Source: Octopus sinensis
Lineage: Eukaryota
Length of the DNA: 64,000 bases
Assembly (NCBI RefSeq): GCF_006345805.1
Contig: NC_043001.1
Coordinates: forward strand, 107,880,001-107,944,000
Reading direction: 5' to 3'
This document shows positions 27,965 through 41,140 of this stretch, one piece after another (positions within the stretch are counted from its first letter, which is position 1; the number at the start of each line of letters is the position of its first letter). The position numbers and the translations under genes were made by a program. The notes under the pieces are model-generated. The model was not told the DNA's origin and ran no database searches. It saw nothing but the letters and a program-made list of their open reading frames with translations.

Positions 27965-28245
27965 AATAATAATAATGATAATAATAATAATAATAATAAT
28001 AATATAATAATAATAATAATAATAAAATAATAATAATAATAATAATGATGATGATGATGATGATGATAACACCTAAATATACATTAGGAATGAGAACTCA
28101 GGTTCGAAATTTCCCCAAAACACCTGATGAAGGCTGGCGGGTATATCAGCCGAAACGTTGTGTTAACAACAAACAAAATAAGACAAATATCCGTTAAATG
28201 TAAATAATGTCAATAATGTACATAATTCCTCATCTCTTAAATATA
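27853..28245 (+). mobile_element. SINE-like family D element: tRNA head, AAT/AAC/GAT tract, hammerhead-containing tail
   Basis: A-box-like cgtaatggttaag, B-box gttcgattcc (27903-27912), hammerhead at 28119-28164. Confidence 0.7.
28119..28164 (+). ncRNA. Minimal type I hammerhead ribozyme motif
   Basis: AACAC-CTGATGA-AGGCTG..CAGCC-GAAAC-GTT-GTGTT. 5-bp stem I, 5-bp stem II, palindromic AACGTT stem III. Confidence 0.72.
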
Positions 28246-28332
28246 ATATATTTTCTTCCCTGTTAATTTTTCAGAAATGCATCAAATTCTACAAATTAAA
28301 TGTTTCTTTATTCTGTTTTTATATATTTTCAG

Positions 28333-28535
28333 AAATGACACGCCAGGAGATGATTGAGGAGAATACGTTATACTCGGAGCAAATCAAGAATTATCGTCGC
28401 AAAATGTCGATTCTGTCTGATTTAATCCAGCAGCTTGAGGACTCCTATGAAGAATCTAAGAGATACGCCATGATGCAGCGCTATCGTCTACTGAAAATGA
28501 TGATAAAGTCAGTTATATACGATAAACTGATTTGA
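28333..28535 (+). CDS. Putative terminal coding exon, 66-aa helical/coiled-coil-like segment of unknown identity
   Basis: Strong acceptor (T-rich tract, ttttcAG at 28331-28332), ATG at 28335, non-repetitive sequence with higher GC than the flanks, open to TGA at 28533-28535. Confidence 0.65.
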
Positions 28536-28810
28536 CCGGAAGTGGTGCAAAAATATGGAGGATTGAAAGACGGTATACATTAAAGTAAAATATAAAAATC
28601 ATGCGGAGAGAATGAATCATGGACGAAGAAGTACAGCAGAAGATTATCAGTAAACTGTTGTAATAACACAGACGCAAACATACTGAATATGCATACAGTC
28701 GCACATACACTACAATATATCAATATACCAATATATTTATATACGTGGGCATATATATATATATATACATATATATATACATGTATACATATATATACAT
28801 ATATATATAC

Positions 28811-28842
<32 letters not shown>

Positions 28843-28846
28843 CATA

Positions 28847-28893
<47 letters not shown>

Positions 28894-29014
28894 CCACTTA
28901 CACCCACTATTCACAAATTACACAAATTACAAAATTTCTAAATTACACAAATGTCTTGCCTTGACCGCTGTGATTCATAGACATTTAAAGATATAATATA
29001 TATATATATATATC

Positions 29015-29047
<33 letters not shown>

Positions 29048-29062
29048 GTTATATATGTATAT

Positions 29063-29124
<62 letters not shown>

Positions 29125-29133
29125 TATATTTAT

Positions 29134-29175
<42 letters not shown>

Positions 29176-30080
29176 ATATTAATATATATATATAATATAT
29201 ATATATGCTTGAGTGACGGCTCAAAAAGAAAATATAGAAAAGAGCGTCGACGATAAAACGAGAACCAGAGTGTGTGTATGCTTTCAAAGAGTCGTATGAA
29301 TATTAACTCTGTGGAAATGAAGATTATAGAGAAAAATAGACTGAAGCTGGACAAGTCGCAAATGGGCTCATAAAGCTAGAGGAATATATATATATATACA
29401 TATACATATACATATCATATGTGTGTATAACTACACATAAACACATGCACGTATTTGTATGTGTATGTGCGTATATATGTAAGTATATATATACATATAT
29501 ATATATACATATATATATATATATTTATATAAGCATATATGTATATATGTGTGTAATTGTTTTGTATGTATGTATCATAAAGTTATGTTGTCATGTTTGA
29601 AATGAAGTGCATAATGAGTAAATAAATATTCATTGTACAAATATTATTGTACATTATTTTGCTCATGAACGTCTGTTTGCGTTATTACTTTCGTACTTTG
29701 AATATGTTTCTACAGAACGACCATGGGAAGTTTAACATGATACGTTTACGCACAAACCCGACGCCATGACAGTCCGTGACAGAAATGTTTACAGGTAACG
29801 AATGCATGCGTAATGAGGAGATGAAGTTGCAAAGACCTGACACGATGTGAATCTATGCATGTTTGTTTGTATGTATATTTATATTCTGAGTGCGCGTGCG
29901 TGTGTGTGTGTGTGTGTTTGTGTTTACATGTGTGTGTGTAAATCAAAGTATACAGTACCATATATATATCCATTGCTGCCGATTTTACCAATTGGTTTCC
30001 CACCTGATACTCAAATCGGATGTTAATTACAGCGCGGTTAAGTAATACCGCCTGCTCCTCAGAGCTAGCATATAGATGAT

Positions 30081-30116
<36 letters not shown>

Positions 30117-30265
30117 CATACATACATACATACATACATACATACATACATACATACATACATACATACATAAATACATACATGTATGCATAGATAGATA
30201 GATACATACATATATACATACATACATACATACAAAAATACATACATACGTGTATAGATAGATAA

Positions 30266-30348
<83 letters not shown>

Positions 30349-30350
30349 TA

Positions 30351-30518
30351 CGAGGTAGTACCAAAAAGTTCCCGCTTGCTGAAAACGACTTCGATGCCGG
30401 GTTTTTGAAATGTGTCAGGCACGCTGGGCCCTATGTATTGCTGCGCAAGGGGATTATTTTCGAAGAAGATGATGTTAAAACTTAGGCAAAAGTCCGGGGA
30501 CCTTTTCATACCACCTCG
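30351..30518 (+). mobile_element. Mariner-derived MITE
   Basis: TA flanks, imperfect TIRs cgaggtagtaccaaaaagttccc / ggggaccttttcataccacctcg, internal CIAAQGDYFEED resembling the mariner transposase C-terminus. Confidence 0.8.
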
Positions 30519-31405
30519 TATACCTATATGTGCACACCTTTGCGTCTATGTTCGTCCCCCGCCACCTACACACAAGAAGACAAGCAGTAAATTAGCGATT
30601 CGCCCCCCCAAAAAAAAAACGATAGATTAAGAAGCAGACTAAATGAATAAATACTGGGGCATTTTTGTTTGACTAAACCCTTTGGTTCGGTGCCCCAGCA
30701 TGGCCACATTTCAAAGAGCGAAACAAGTTAAAGATATAAGATATAAGATTCTATTACTCTTTTACTCTTTTACTTGTTTCAGTCATTTCACTGCAGCCAT
30801 GCTGGAGCACCGCCTTTAGTCGAGCAAATCGACGCCAGGACTTATTCTTTTGAAGCCTAGTACTTATTATATTGGTCTCTTTTGCCGAACCGCTATGTTA
30901 CGGGGACGTAAACACACCACATCGGTTGTCAAGCGATGTTGGGGGGAGAAACGCACACACACACATATATACATATATAAACAAGCTACTTACCGTATAG
31001 CCACAACTACGACTATTGTTATATCATTGAAGCAAACATCTGTATTAAATAATCATTTTTATTTCACATTACATATAAAGCCACAACATGATAACTACGG
31101 AAATGATCAATATCTCAACAGCGGTGTTAATATCACGCGTCGGTTGATATCTTCGTATACTATAGCAACATGCTCAAGTGGACACTGCAATTGTACGATG
31201 AAATAATGGAGAAGCGACAAGTATCTTTTCACACACAGAAACACGGAGAGCAAGAGAGAGAAGGGGAACTACGCACACGTAGCTACATGTGAGTATCTGT
31301 CTGCATTGTGTATATTTTGTGAGTGTGTCTGTGTGTGTATGTGTTTGTGTATGCGTATGCATGTGTGCATTGGGGCGCGTGGGTGTATGTACACGTACAT
31401 ACAAT

Positions 31406-31473
<68 letters not shown>

Positions 31474-31553
31474 TGTACATGCATATATTTATATATATAT
31501 ACATATATGTACATGCATATATTTATATATATAATATATAATATTATATACAA

Positions 31554-31588
<35 letters not shown>

Positions 31589-31865
31589 CGCACGAAGTTC
31601 TGTCAGTGAACAGGTCGCGGCTTCGAAGCGACGAAAATATTTCGACACAAATTAAATTTGAATGTTGAAGTGAATCCAACGGTTGCTTTTGGTGTGTGTA
31701 TGTTCTTAAATGGTTTACAAGCATCTTCCACGCTACAATTGTATGTATATGTATGTAATTTTAATATTTCTATTATTGAAAACAAGTGGATGTATTCCAC
31801 TGTAACTAGGTAAATAAAATCTTCGAACAGACGGTCGGTAGCGACACCTACTGGGTCTGACTACG

Positions 31866-31906
31866 CTGCATTGATAAAGGGCAACAACCCTGAAACATGT
31901 CTGCAG
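31866..31906 (+). ncRNA. Degenerate minimal hammerhead
   Basis: CTGCA-TTGATAA-AGGG-caacaa-CCCT-GAAAC-AT-GTC-TGCAG. All three stems intact; core has two substitutions. Confidence 0.5.
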
Positions 31907-32137
31907 ATGTCTGACCAGCATGTGAAGCGGCTGACCTCCCCTGTTCGAAGGTTGTAATGGACGCAGGTTCGTGTGTCATATAGCTAGCTAGAGGCGATGG
32001 CCTCTTGGAGCTAATCAGCGACAGCTTTAGTCTTATATTTATGGACTACCATATTAGTTTGTGATAACTATTAACATATATATATTATATACATATATAT
32101 AATATTACAATATATATATACATATATATATAATATG

Positions 32138-32194
<57 letters not shown>

Positions 32195-32298
32195 TATATA
32201 TTAGTTGAGATTTACAAAAAACAGACAAAACAAAAGACGAAAGTGGGTTTGTAAACACAAACAGATGTATTAGTTTACCGCTCGCGAAGTGAGGAAGT

Positions 32299-32335
32299 TT
32301 TTTACGTTTCGAGCCTACGCTCTTCATCAGAAAGG
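32299..32335 (-). ncRNA. Minimal hammerhead motif (same family as 19231-19268)
   Basis: Minus strand CTGATGAAGAGCGTAGGCTCGAAACGTAAA. Confidence 0.68.
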
Positions 32336-32505
32336 AAACACAGAAATAAACAGAGAGAAAAATAAAAACAAAAGCTTTAGTGCCTAGCGATCAATCAAGG
32401 CGAATATAATATATATATATATATAATATATATTATATATATATATATATACAGACATATGTATATACATATATATATATTCATGTATATATTTATTCAT
32501 ATATA

Positions 32506-32538
<33 letters not shown>

Positions 32539-32669
32539 ATATATATATTACCCACACATATATATATATATCATATATATCTACGTGTAAAATTTCGTAC
32601 ATATCGATTAATGTAAATATATCCGTATATAATATATATGTATGTATGTATGTATTGTATACATGTATG

Positions 32670-32703
<34 letters not shown>

Positions 32704-32779
32704 TGTATGTATGTATGTATGTATGTATGTATGTATGTATGTATGTTTGCATGCATATGTATATACTGCATTGTGTATA

Positions 32780-33130
32780 GGCACAGGAGTGACTGTGTGG
32801 TAAGAAGCTTTCTTCTCAGCGACATGGCTCCAGGTTCAGTACCACTGCGTGGTACCTTGGGCAAGTGTCTTCTACCATAGCCTCGGGCCGACCAAAGCCT
32901 TGTGGGTGGATTGGGTAGACGGAAACTGAAATCCGTCATTTGTTTGTGTGTGTGCCTGTGTTTGCCCCTCCACCCCACCTTCGCTTGACAACCGATGTTG
33001 GTGTGTTTACCTACCCGTAACTTAGCGGTTCGGCCAAGCGACCGATAGATTAAGTACATAGGCTTACAAAGAATAAGTTCTGGGGCCATGGCTGCAGTCA
33101 AATGACTGAAACAAGTAAAATAGTAAAAGA
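32780..33130 (+). mobile_element. SINE family B
   Basis: aggagtgactgtgtggtaag head through gactgaaacaagtaaaa tail. Confidence 0.88.
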
Positions 33131-33409
33131 AAAAAGAAATTCTTTTTTCAACTGACTTTGAATTTACTTAAAAGACAAATCGAACCCTTTTTTAAAGTAG
33201 CATTTTTTCATCTTTGTCAATGCATCCTTGATTCTCTCTCTCTCCCCTCCATTCTCTCCCCTCCATTCTCTCTCCCTCTGTCTCTCTGTCTCTGTCTCTC
33301 TCTCCCTCTCTCATTGGGTTTTTTAAGTAGTTAGTCTTCATTCACTTGGCTATAACCTGACCTCTCAAATATTATTTAAAATTTTTTTATCATTGTTGTT
33401 ATTGCTCTT

Positions 33410-33600
33410 ATTTCGGTCCCGACTTCCGGGTGGATAAGAACTATGACGAGGTAGCGAGCAGGGTATCCAGTCTTACCCAGAGACGGGCAGAGAGAAAGCT
33501 GTTCCTTAAAGGGAGGCAAGAGGTGGCGAATGCCGCCTTCGTTGTTGCCTACTACCTGATCATCGCGCCTGGCCTCAGCTACCGCCTGATCAACGTCTGT
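33410..33600 (+). mobile_element. Tx1-like LINE fragment (region just after RT)
   Basis: FGPDFRVDKNYDEVASRVSSLTQRRAERKLFLKGRQEVAN resembles the Tx1 pattern WFGP....KNW.EV......W..R.LSL.GR..V.N. Confidence 0.6.
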
Positions 33601-33879
33601 CGAATCATTTGTTATTTGATTCGTAGTGAAGAAAAGGAATTTTAATTAATTTTACTCGGTGATATTTGAGATATATTTTGAAACATATAAGTTCTGGTGG
33701 AGTAATATAATGGCTAACATTGAGATAAGAGTCAAAATGCATGAGGAAACTAACGCCAACGCAGTTTCTAATTTCCTGTTTAAGCAATTATTCTTCCTGG
33801 ATGCAGTTAAAATACATTCAAAGCCTCTATGGTTGTCTACCTGTACATACGGATCTTTATACTCTCTTCTCTCGTTTCT

Positions 33880-34170
33880 TTTCGAGCCGTACCTGGCTTA
33901 TAAGGGCCAGTTTCCCGGTTTCCTTGGCGTATAGGTTCCCCACCTGGACGGGATGCCGGCCTGTCGCAGGCGAGCTGCATGATGCAGGAAGAAAGAGTGA
34001 GAGAAAGTTGTGGCGAAAGAGTCAGCAGAAGTTCGCCAATACCTTCTGTCGGAGCCGCGTGGAGCTCAGGTTTTTCGCTCATAAACACACACATCGCCCG
34101 GTCTGAGATTCGAACCCGCGATCCCTCGACCACGAGTCCGCTGCTCTAATCACTAGGCTATGTGCCTCCA
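33880..34170 (-). mobile_element. tRNA-derived SINE sharing the family C head but with a different tail
   Basis: Head ggaggcacatagcctagtgattagagc...gggttcgaatctc. Tail cctgcgacaggccggcatcccgtccagg resembles a V-domain-like segment. Confidence 0.7.
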
Positions 34171-34767
34171 CGATCTTTATACAAATATGATAATTATACA
34201 AAATTAACTTCCATTTAAGTAAATACATTTTTTAAAAATATATTCGAAAGGCATAATAGTAACAATTTCTCATGCTTGCATACAGGATAATATGGATATT
34301 TCTACAAATGTAAAGAGTATTTGAGTTATGGAACGTCTGGAAAGTATTATTGTAAAGACATTCTGTATTTTGTGTAACTAATACGAGAAATGGCCAAAAT
34401 TTTAATTTACATTGCATTGTATAAAGAAATACAAATGAATACAGCAATGAGTTCAACTGGTGTATCTTTATAAATATTTCAAGAAATAATATATTTAGAA
34501 AAACTTCAGAGCGGTTCATATATTTTTAATAACATCTCAGTATTGTTTGTGACATATCCATTGCCTCTGCATGATGCTCGAATATAAGAGCTATCGTGAA
34601 TCAAGATGAAGTATTCTGATTAACGCACATATTGAAAACGCCCGAGTAATGCCGCAGAATATTCAACAATTGTAACTTTCGTTGGAGTATAATTTAACAA
34701 TTCACATCAGTTGGCGTGATCGGAATTACGTTAGCCGTTCACGCGAGCTTTTTGCTTCTTTCCAAAG

Positions 34768-34797
34768 GTGACACTGCTTTGTCGAGCACGAAATTTC
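34768..34797 (+). other. Candidate 30-nt microexon
   Basis: ttttgcttctttccaaAG acceptor and GTAAGT donor; length divisible by 3. Confidence 0.35.
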
Positions 34798-35029
34798 GTA
34801 AGTCACAAAGCTGCAGCGGCAGACATACAAAACAGCCAGAATACAAAAATGCAAGTAAAAAGAAAGAAAACAAAATGGCTGACATCATATCGTATTATGG
34901 GATACAAATTGTTCGTGATTATATATTTTACGTCTTACAAATGTGCTACACATACCCATTGTCAACAGCATTCATTTAAGTTTTATAATAACACAGGCCT
35001 CCTATAGCTATCTTATATAATAGCTTGTA

Positions 35030-35070
<41 letters not shown>

Positions 35071-35329
35071 CCTTTTGGTCCTGGTTCGCAGTATCTGATT
35101 TTGTTCAAATTTTCTACACCGATGCAGTTTTAAATGCTAATTACAAAAATTATATTCCTTTTCTACAAAGGTTAACAATAAAAATGTTACAAGCGATAAA
35201 ATGTTGAACATTTTGCTATTTCTAACCAGTCGAAAGTTTCCATTATTGACATCTTGTAAGCTAAATTGTCCATGTGTTGACAATGCATATATTTACAAGG
35301 AAATGTTTGGCAGTGACTTCGAAGTTTTG

Positions 35330-36110
35330 GCTTGCCTAATGAAACGTATTGAGTACTCGTTCAGTTTAATTTGAAATGAGTATAACTTGACATAGGAATA
35401 TACACGGGCCCATGTTTTCAGCTACACGTCGTTGTTTAACGAGACAACTCGCAGACTGTTGGAGGGCGACCGACGGTGCTATATCAGGAGAAAACGGTGA
35501 GTGTAGCACAACTTCCAAATCGAGTTTAAGAATAGCATTTTTGGACAAATTAGCGACGTGAGGATGACCATCGTTGTGTTGAAGAAACAAACCGTGTCGC
35601 TGGTTGGGTCGATTCAATAGGATTACCTTTTAGAGCAGGTATATTTCCTGAATGTCAAACTCTGTTCTGACGTGTGATTATTTTCAAGCATTTCCTAGAT
35701 TAGCCTTCCACAATCCCACCGGACACATTTCATTGTCTTGCGTGGATGCAGCTGTAGCTTGGCACGAAGTGTTGCTTGCTGGTCGGGACTCAACGCTTCT
35801 TTTTCTCTATATGCCATTGACGTAAAGACACTGATTTTTCATCGTCAGTGACCATATGGTAAAGAAATCTCTTTTTATGTCCACAAGTAGGCTGGTGTCG
35901 TGCGACCAAACAGGCAGTGATAGAGGTGCACTGAAGTTTGTCTCATACAGATCGTGCACAGAGCTTTTGGATCTTACTCACGGAGTGAAGGTGAAAATGC
36001 TCATTTTTTTTTCTGCTTGGGATTCCACCATCATATATCTGAAAAGAAGTAAAATTCATTCAAACTTGAAAAAGCGAGGATAAAAATTATAGTTGAAGAA
36101 TAAAGCAACG
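35330..36110 (-). mobile_element. Degenerate mariner transposase remnant
   Basis: LQHNDGHPHVA...VLHSPFSPDIAPS matches the mariner HDNARPH / HPPYSPDLAPSD motifs; upstream TDDEK...LHPRK.MKCV.WD. Confidence 0.85.
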
Positions 36111-36663
36111 AAACTACGATAACAATATTTTCGTGTTAACTCAAATAACACAACAATTCAATAATAATATACCCACATATACAAAATACGCTCGCATATA
36201 TTCACAATCACAAACACACACACACACACACACACGTGTTTGCATTTAGGACATAAACAAAGAATCATGGCGAATTATGCAAATAACTTTCCTGTGTGTA
36301 TCCCGACATATCTCGAATTCGAATCAGTCTATAATAATTCCGGAGATGTACTTGCATAGCAAGTGATTTGATCTGAGATCGTGTGGTGGAACGAAAACAG
36401 TTGCAGCGTGGAAGGTGTTTGTAAGCCATTTAAGAAACACACAAAAGCCGTTCGATTCACTTCAACATTTAAGTTTAATTTGTCAAAATATTTTCGTCGC
36501 TATAAGACCGCGACCTGTTCACTGACAAAAGTCCGTGTTTAATAAATAAAAGATTAAATATGAAGCAAAACAATGACTCTCATTACAATGCTACCGTAAT
36601 GTTATCACAGTAGCATTGCAACTTTCTGAGTTTTATTCTGTCCACTTTACATATTTTTAAGAC

Positions 36664-37800
36664 ATTATTAAGAGCTGGCTCTGAGTTCAAATTCCACCGA
36701 GGTCAACTTTGCCTTTCATCCTTTCGGAGTCGATAAATTAAATACCAGTTGCGTACTGGGGTCGATGTAATCAATTGCCCCCAACCATCCCTAAAATTTC
36801 GAGCCTTGTGCCTAGAGTAGAACAGATTATTAAGAGCTGGCTTCGAAGGCGGCGAGCTGGCAGAAACGTTAGCGCGCAGTGCGAAATGCGTAACCGTATT
36901 TCATCTGCCGTTACGTTCTGAGTTCAAATTCCGCCGAAGTCGACTTTGCCTTTCATCCTTTCGGGGTCGATTAAATAAGTACCAGTTACGCACTGGGGTC
37001 GATATAATCGACTTAATTCGTTTGTCTGTCCTTGTTTGTCCCTTCTGTGTTTAGCCCCTTGTGGGTAGTAAAGAATTGGTATTTCGCCCGTCGCTACGTT
37101 CTGAGTTCAAATTCCGCCGAGCTTGACTTTACCTTTCATCCTTTCGGGATCGATTAAATAAGTACCAGTTACGCACTGGGTTCGATGTAATCGACTTAAT
37201 TCCTTTGTATGTCCTTGTTTGTCCCCTCTGTGTTTAGCCCCTTGTGGGTAGTAAAGAAATAGGTATTTCGTCTGCCGCTACGTTCTGTACAGTTGCGTAC
37301 TGGAGTCAATCTAATCGTCTAGCTCCTTCACCAAAAATTTCGGGCCTTGTGCCTAGACTAGAAAAGAGTCGTTAGCACGCTGGACGAAAAACTTAGCGGT
37401 ATTTCGCCTGCCGCTACGTTCTGAGTTCAAATTCCACCGTGGTCGACTTTGCCTTTCATCATTTCGGAGTCGATTAAATAAGTACCAGTTACGCACTGGA
37501 GTCGATATAATCGACTTAATCCGTTTGTCTGTCCTTGTTTGTCCGCTCTGTGTTTAGCCCCTTGTGGATAGTAAAGAAATTGGTATTTCGTCTGCTGTTA
37601 CGTTCTGAGTTCAAATTCCGCCGAGGTCGACTTTGCCTTTTATCCTTTCGGGGTCGATAAATTAAGTACCAGTTGCGTACAGGGGTCAATCTAATTGACT
37701 GGCTCCCTCTCCCAAAATTCCGGGCCTTGTGCCTAGACCAGAAAAGAATCGTTAGCAGGCTGGACGGAAAACTTGGCGGTATTTCGCCCTCTCCGCTTCG
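36664..37800 (+). mobile_element. Concatemeric array of SINE family A units
   Basis: About six body units and three head segments in tandem. The first truncated unit (36681-36825) is flanked by the 17-bp direct repeat attattaagagctggct. Confidence 0.9.
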
Positions 37801-38433
37801 TTTGCCGTTATTTCCCTTGAACCATTTCCTATTTCTAAGAAAGCACGAGTACAAGTATACGCGAACTTATTGATTATATATGCAATCATTTATATTGCTT
37901 TTCAGATATAAACTTTACAAACAGCATTGTATAAATTGGGGCACAATGTGTTACATCAATCCATGCCAATAAAAAACCCACACTTAAGAGAGTAGATTGT
38001 TTGTTACAGACGTTCTCTTCAAGCGGCTACGTTCCCAATTCAGTCCAATATGTTGCAATATCTGCCATAAGATTAAGCGGAACAATATCTTGTTTGTTTG
38101 TTTGTTGTTCTTTTTTATTGTTGTTTTGGGGTGGATTTTTCTTGTTTTTTTTAGAGTCAATTTGGTAGACAGAAATTGTGCTGAAACCCAATAAAATATC
38201 ACATTGGATGGCCTTTTGCATTTTGTTCCTTAATCTACCTTATCGTTCTTCCAATTGTGCTGAATCGACTTCTATATATTCATGGTGACTGTTCTGTATG
38301 AATGCTATATGTGTAGTTAAGTTACGTTTTAGAGAGAACGATTTACTATATAGATGTGTGTGTATTATATATATATATATATAATATATATATATATAAT
38401 ATATAATATGCATGTATGTATATATATATATAC

Positions 38434-38482
<49 letters not shown>

Positions 38483-38514
38483 AACATATATATATATAAT
38501 ATATTACATATATA

Positions 38515-38556
<42 letters not shown>

Positions 38557-38639
38557 ATATATATAATTAACTGCGACAGAAGCAACATTAATGCCAAAAG
38601 ATAACTACCATAAGGACTTGTGGAGCTAAAAAGCACTCG

Positions 38640-38673
<34 letters not shown>

Positions 38674-39594
38674 CACACACCTACATATATACGTACGTGT
38701 GTGTATACATGCATATATATGTATATATTTGCATGTATATATGTGTGTGTATAAGCATACATACATACATACATTTATATATAAATTATTTAGAACAATT
38801 GTGTGTATTATAATGCGTTACATTACTGGAAATTGATACTCAATGACATTAATTAGTACAATTTAATAATTTCAATTGCTAGAGATAAGGAAATGGAAGA
38901 CGGCAATATTATTGAGAAACGACGAGTGATGTGAAAGGTGAGCGAGACAGCTGGAGTGGAGAAAGTTTTAGCTTAAGATGACGCTCTGAGGAAGGAAGTT
39001 TTAAACAAGAGAAGATAGGTCGGGTGTGAGGAAAATGGACAGTGGAAGGAGAGAAAGTTCAGAATTGCACATTATATGCGTTTGATTATATGTTCAGCAG
39101 ATATAATGCAGTTGAAATGGTACTATGTCTATAAGGTGAGGCGGCAATCTATCAGAATCGTAAGCACGTCGGCCAAAGTGCTAAGCGACATTTATCCCGA
39201 ATTTACCTTCTGAGTTCTGAGTTCAAATCCCAAATGTTTGGCGGCATTTTGTCCGTCTTTAGGTTCTGAGTTCAAATTCCACTGAGGTTGACTTTGCCTT
39301 TTCATCCTTTGGGGGAATTCAATTAACACACAAACACTGAAAGATACAGAAATTGTACCAAATTTTCGGGTCCTAATGCAACAGCAGCACAGTGGGGTGA
39401 AAATATGGGGCTGAGGGGAAGGCAGTACTGCTGCTAAGAACTATGACACACACACAAGTATACACACACACCACACACAAACACACATACACACACACAC
39501 TTACACACAGAAACACGGACGCAAACACATGCGCACATAAGGATACACATCATAGAAGATCAAAATGGTGTGAGTGGAGCAAAAGCACACACGA

Positions 39595-39725
39595 AAACGA
39601 AAAGTGCCGCTGAAGAGGTCACAGATGTGTGATGAAAGATTTCCGGACAATGGACATGAGTGAGACTAAGAACAGTAATAAACGAGTGAAGAACGAATAT
39701 ATAGTGCGTGTGTTTATTTGGCGAA
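39595..39725 (+). repeat. Second copy of the hammerhead-like repeat at 17390-17510
   Basis: CCG-CTGAAGA-GGTCACA-GATG-TGTGAT-GAAAGATTTC-CGG. Confidence 0.7.
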
Positions 39726-40277
39726 AAAGAATGACCGTCCCGAAATACAACAATGATTTAATTATCGTTATTGTTTTACGTGGTATATATATATTTTTTT
39801 CCTTTAAGTCGGTGAGCTGGCAGACTCGTTAGCAGCTAAACAAAATACTTAGCTCAGCAGCATTTCATTTAGCTTTACATCCTGAGTTAAAATTCCAGGA
39901 AGATTGACTGTAACTTTCGTCTTTACGGGGTCGGGAAATAACCCCACCCCCACTCGTCAATACTGGGGTCGATAAAATCGAGAAGGCCACGCCCCTAGGA
40001 TTTCAGACCTCGTGCCTAGAGTTGAAAGGATCATCGTATATTCAACTAAGACGACGAGGTGGCTGAAACGTCAACATGTCGGTCAAAATGCTTAGCGGCA
40101 GTTATTCTGCATTACATTCTAAGTTCAAATTCCACCGCGTTTGACTTATCTTTACGGGTCCCTCAACCGAAAACTTAAGCTTCATCGACCCCAGGACTTA
40201 TTCTTTGTAAGCCTGGTACTTATTCTATCGGTTGTCAAGCGATGTTGGGGGTACAAACATACACACACCACACACGC

Positions 40278-40347
<70 letters not shown>

Positions 40348-40929
40348 TATATATATACGGCGGCCGGCCTTTCAGTTGCCGTCTACCAAATCCACTCACA
40401 AGGTTTTGGTCGGCCCGAGGCTATACTAGAAGACAGTGGCCCAAGGTGCCATGCAGTGGGTTGAACCCGGAACCATATGTTTCGGTAAGCAAGCTACTTA
40501 TCACACAGCCATTCCTGTACCAAAATATATGTATATATACATAGGTATGTATCATGCTTTTATGGGAGTGTGTATGTATATTCTTTGCAGTTGTATATTC
40601 GCTTGTGTAATAATGTAGTACGTGTATATATATTTGCGCAGCACCGCCATAGACTATCTTCCTTTTTCCTGCTTAATTGTAATTATAGTTATGTTTGTTG
40701 TGTAACTTACTGAAAAATTCTTTGATGCCATACAGAATAGATCGTCCATCTTTTAGTTTTATAATGATTTCATGCATATATTGGTTTATCAGATAAATTC
40801 TTTCGTTTCTTTTGAACATTATTTGAATTGACACGAAAAATAATTTCAATTAACAGGAAAAATATTTCATTGCAGTGTTTTATGGGGTTGGAAGATGTAT
40901 TCTTTCTCAACACCATTTGCTTATTGTTT

Positions 40930-41140
40930 TTGAAATTTGGATACATTTAACCTTTTCAGACATGCGAAGATGAAACGCCAAGTAGCATTTTCAATATTTG
41001 TTTCCTTTCACTGTCATTCAAGTTTCCAAAGCTGTCATAGCCACTGGAAACATTTGTGCTGTGTTCGGAGAAGATGCTTCGGATCTAGTTGCTTTATTGC
41101 TGCCAGCATTTCAAAAATTGAAGTTTATTGAAAATTTTAA
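40930..41140 (+). mobile_element. Highly degenerate mariner 5' coding remnant
   Basis: ICAVFGEDA resembles the mariner N-terminal ICAVYGE motif. Confidence 0.4.

Noticed and set aside
33430-33645. ACTTCCGG ETS-like motif plus ORF as a gene start
   Set aside because: Better explained as a Tx1-like LINE coding fragment.
36847-37800. CRISPR-like appearance of regularly repeated units
   Set aside because: Units are about 180-bp SINE bodies with no unique spacers, in eukaryotic DNA.
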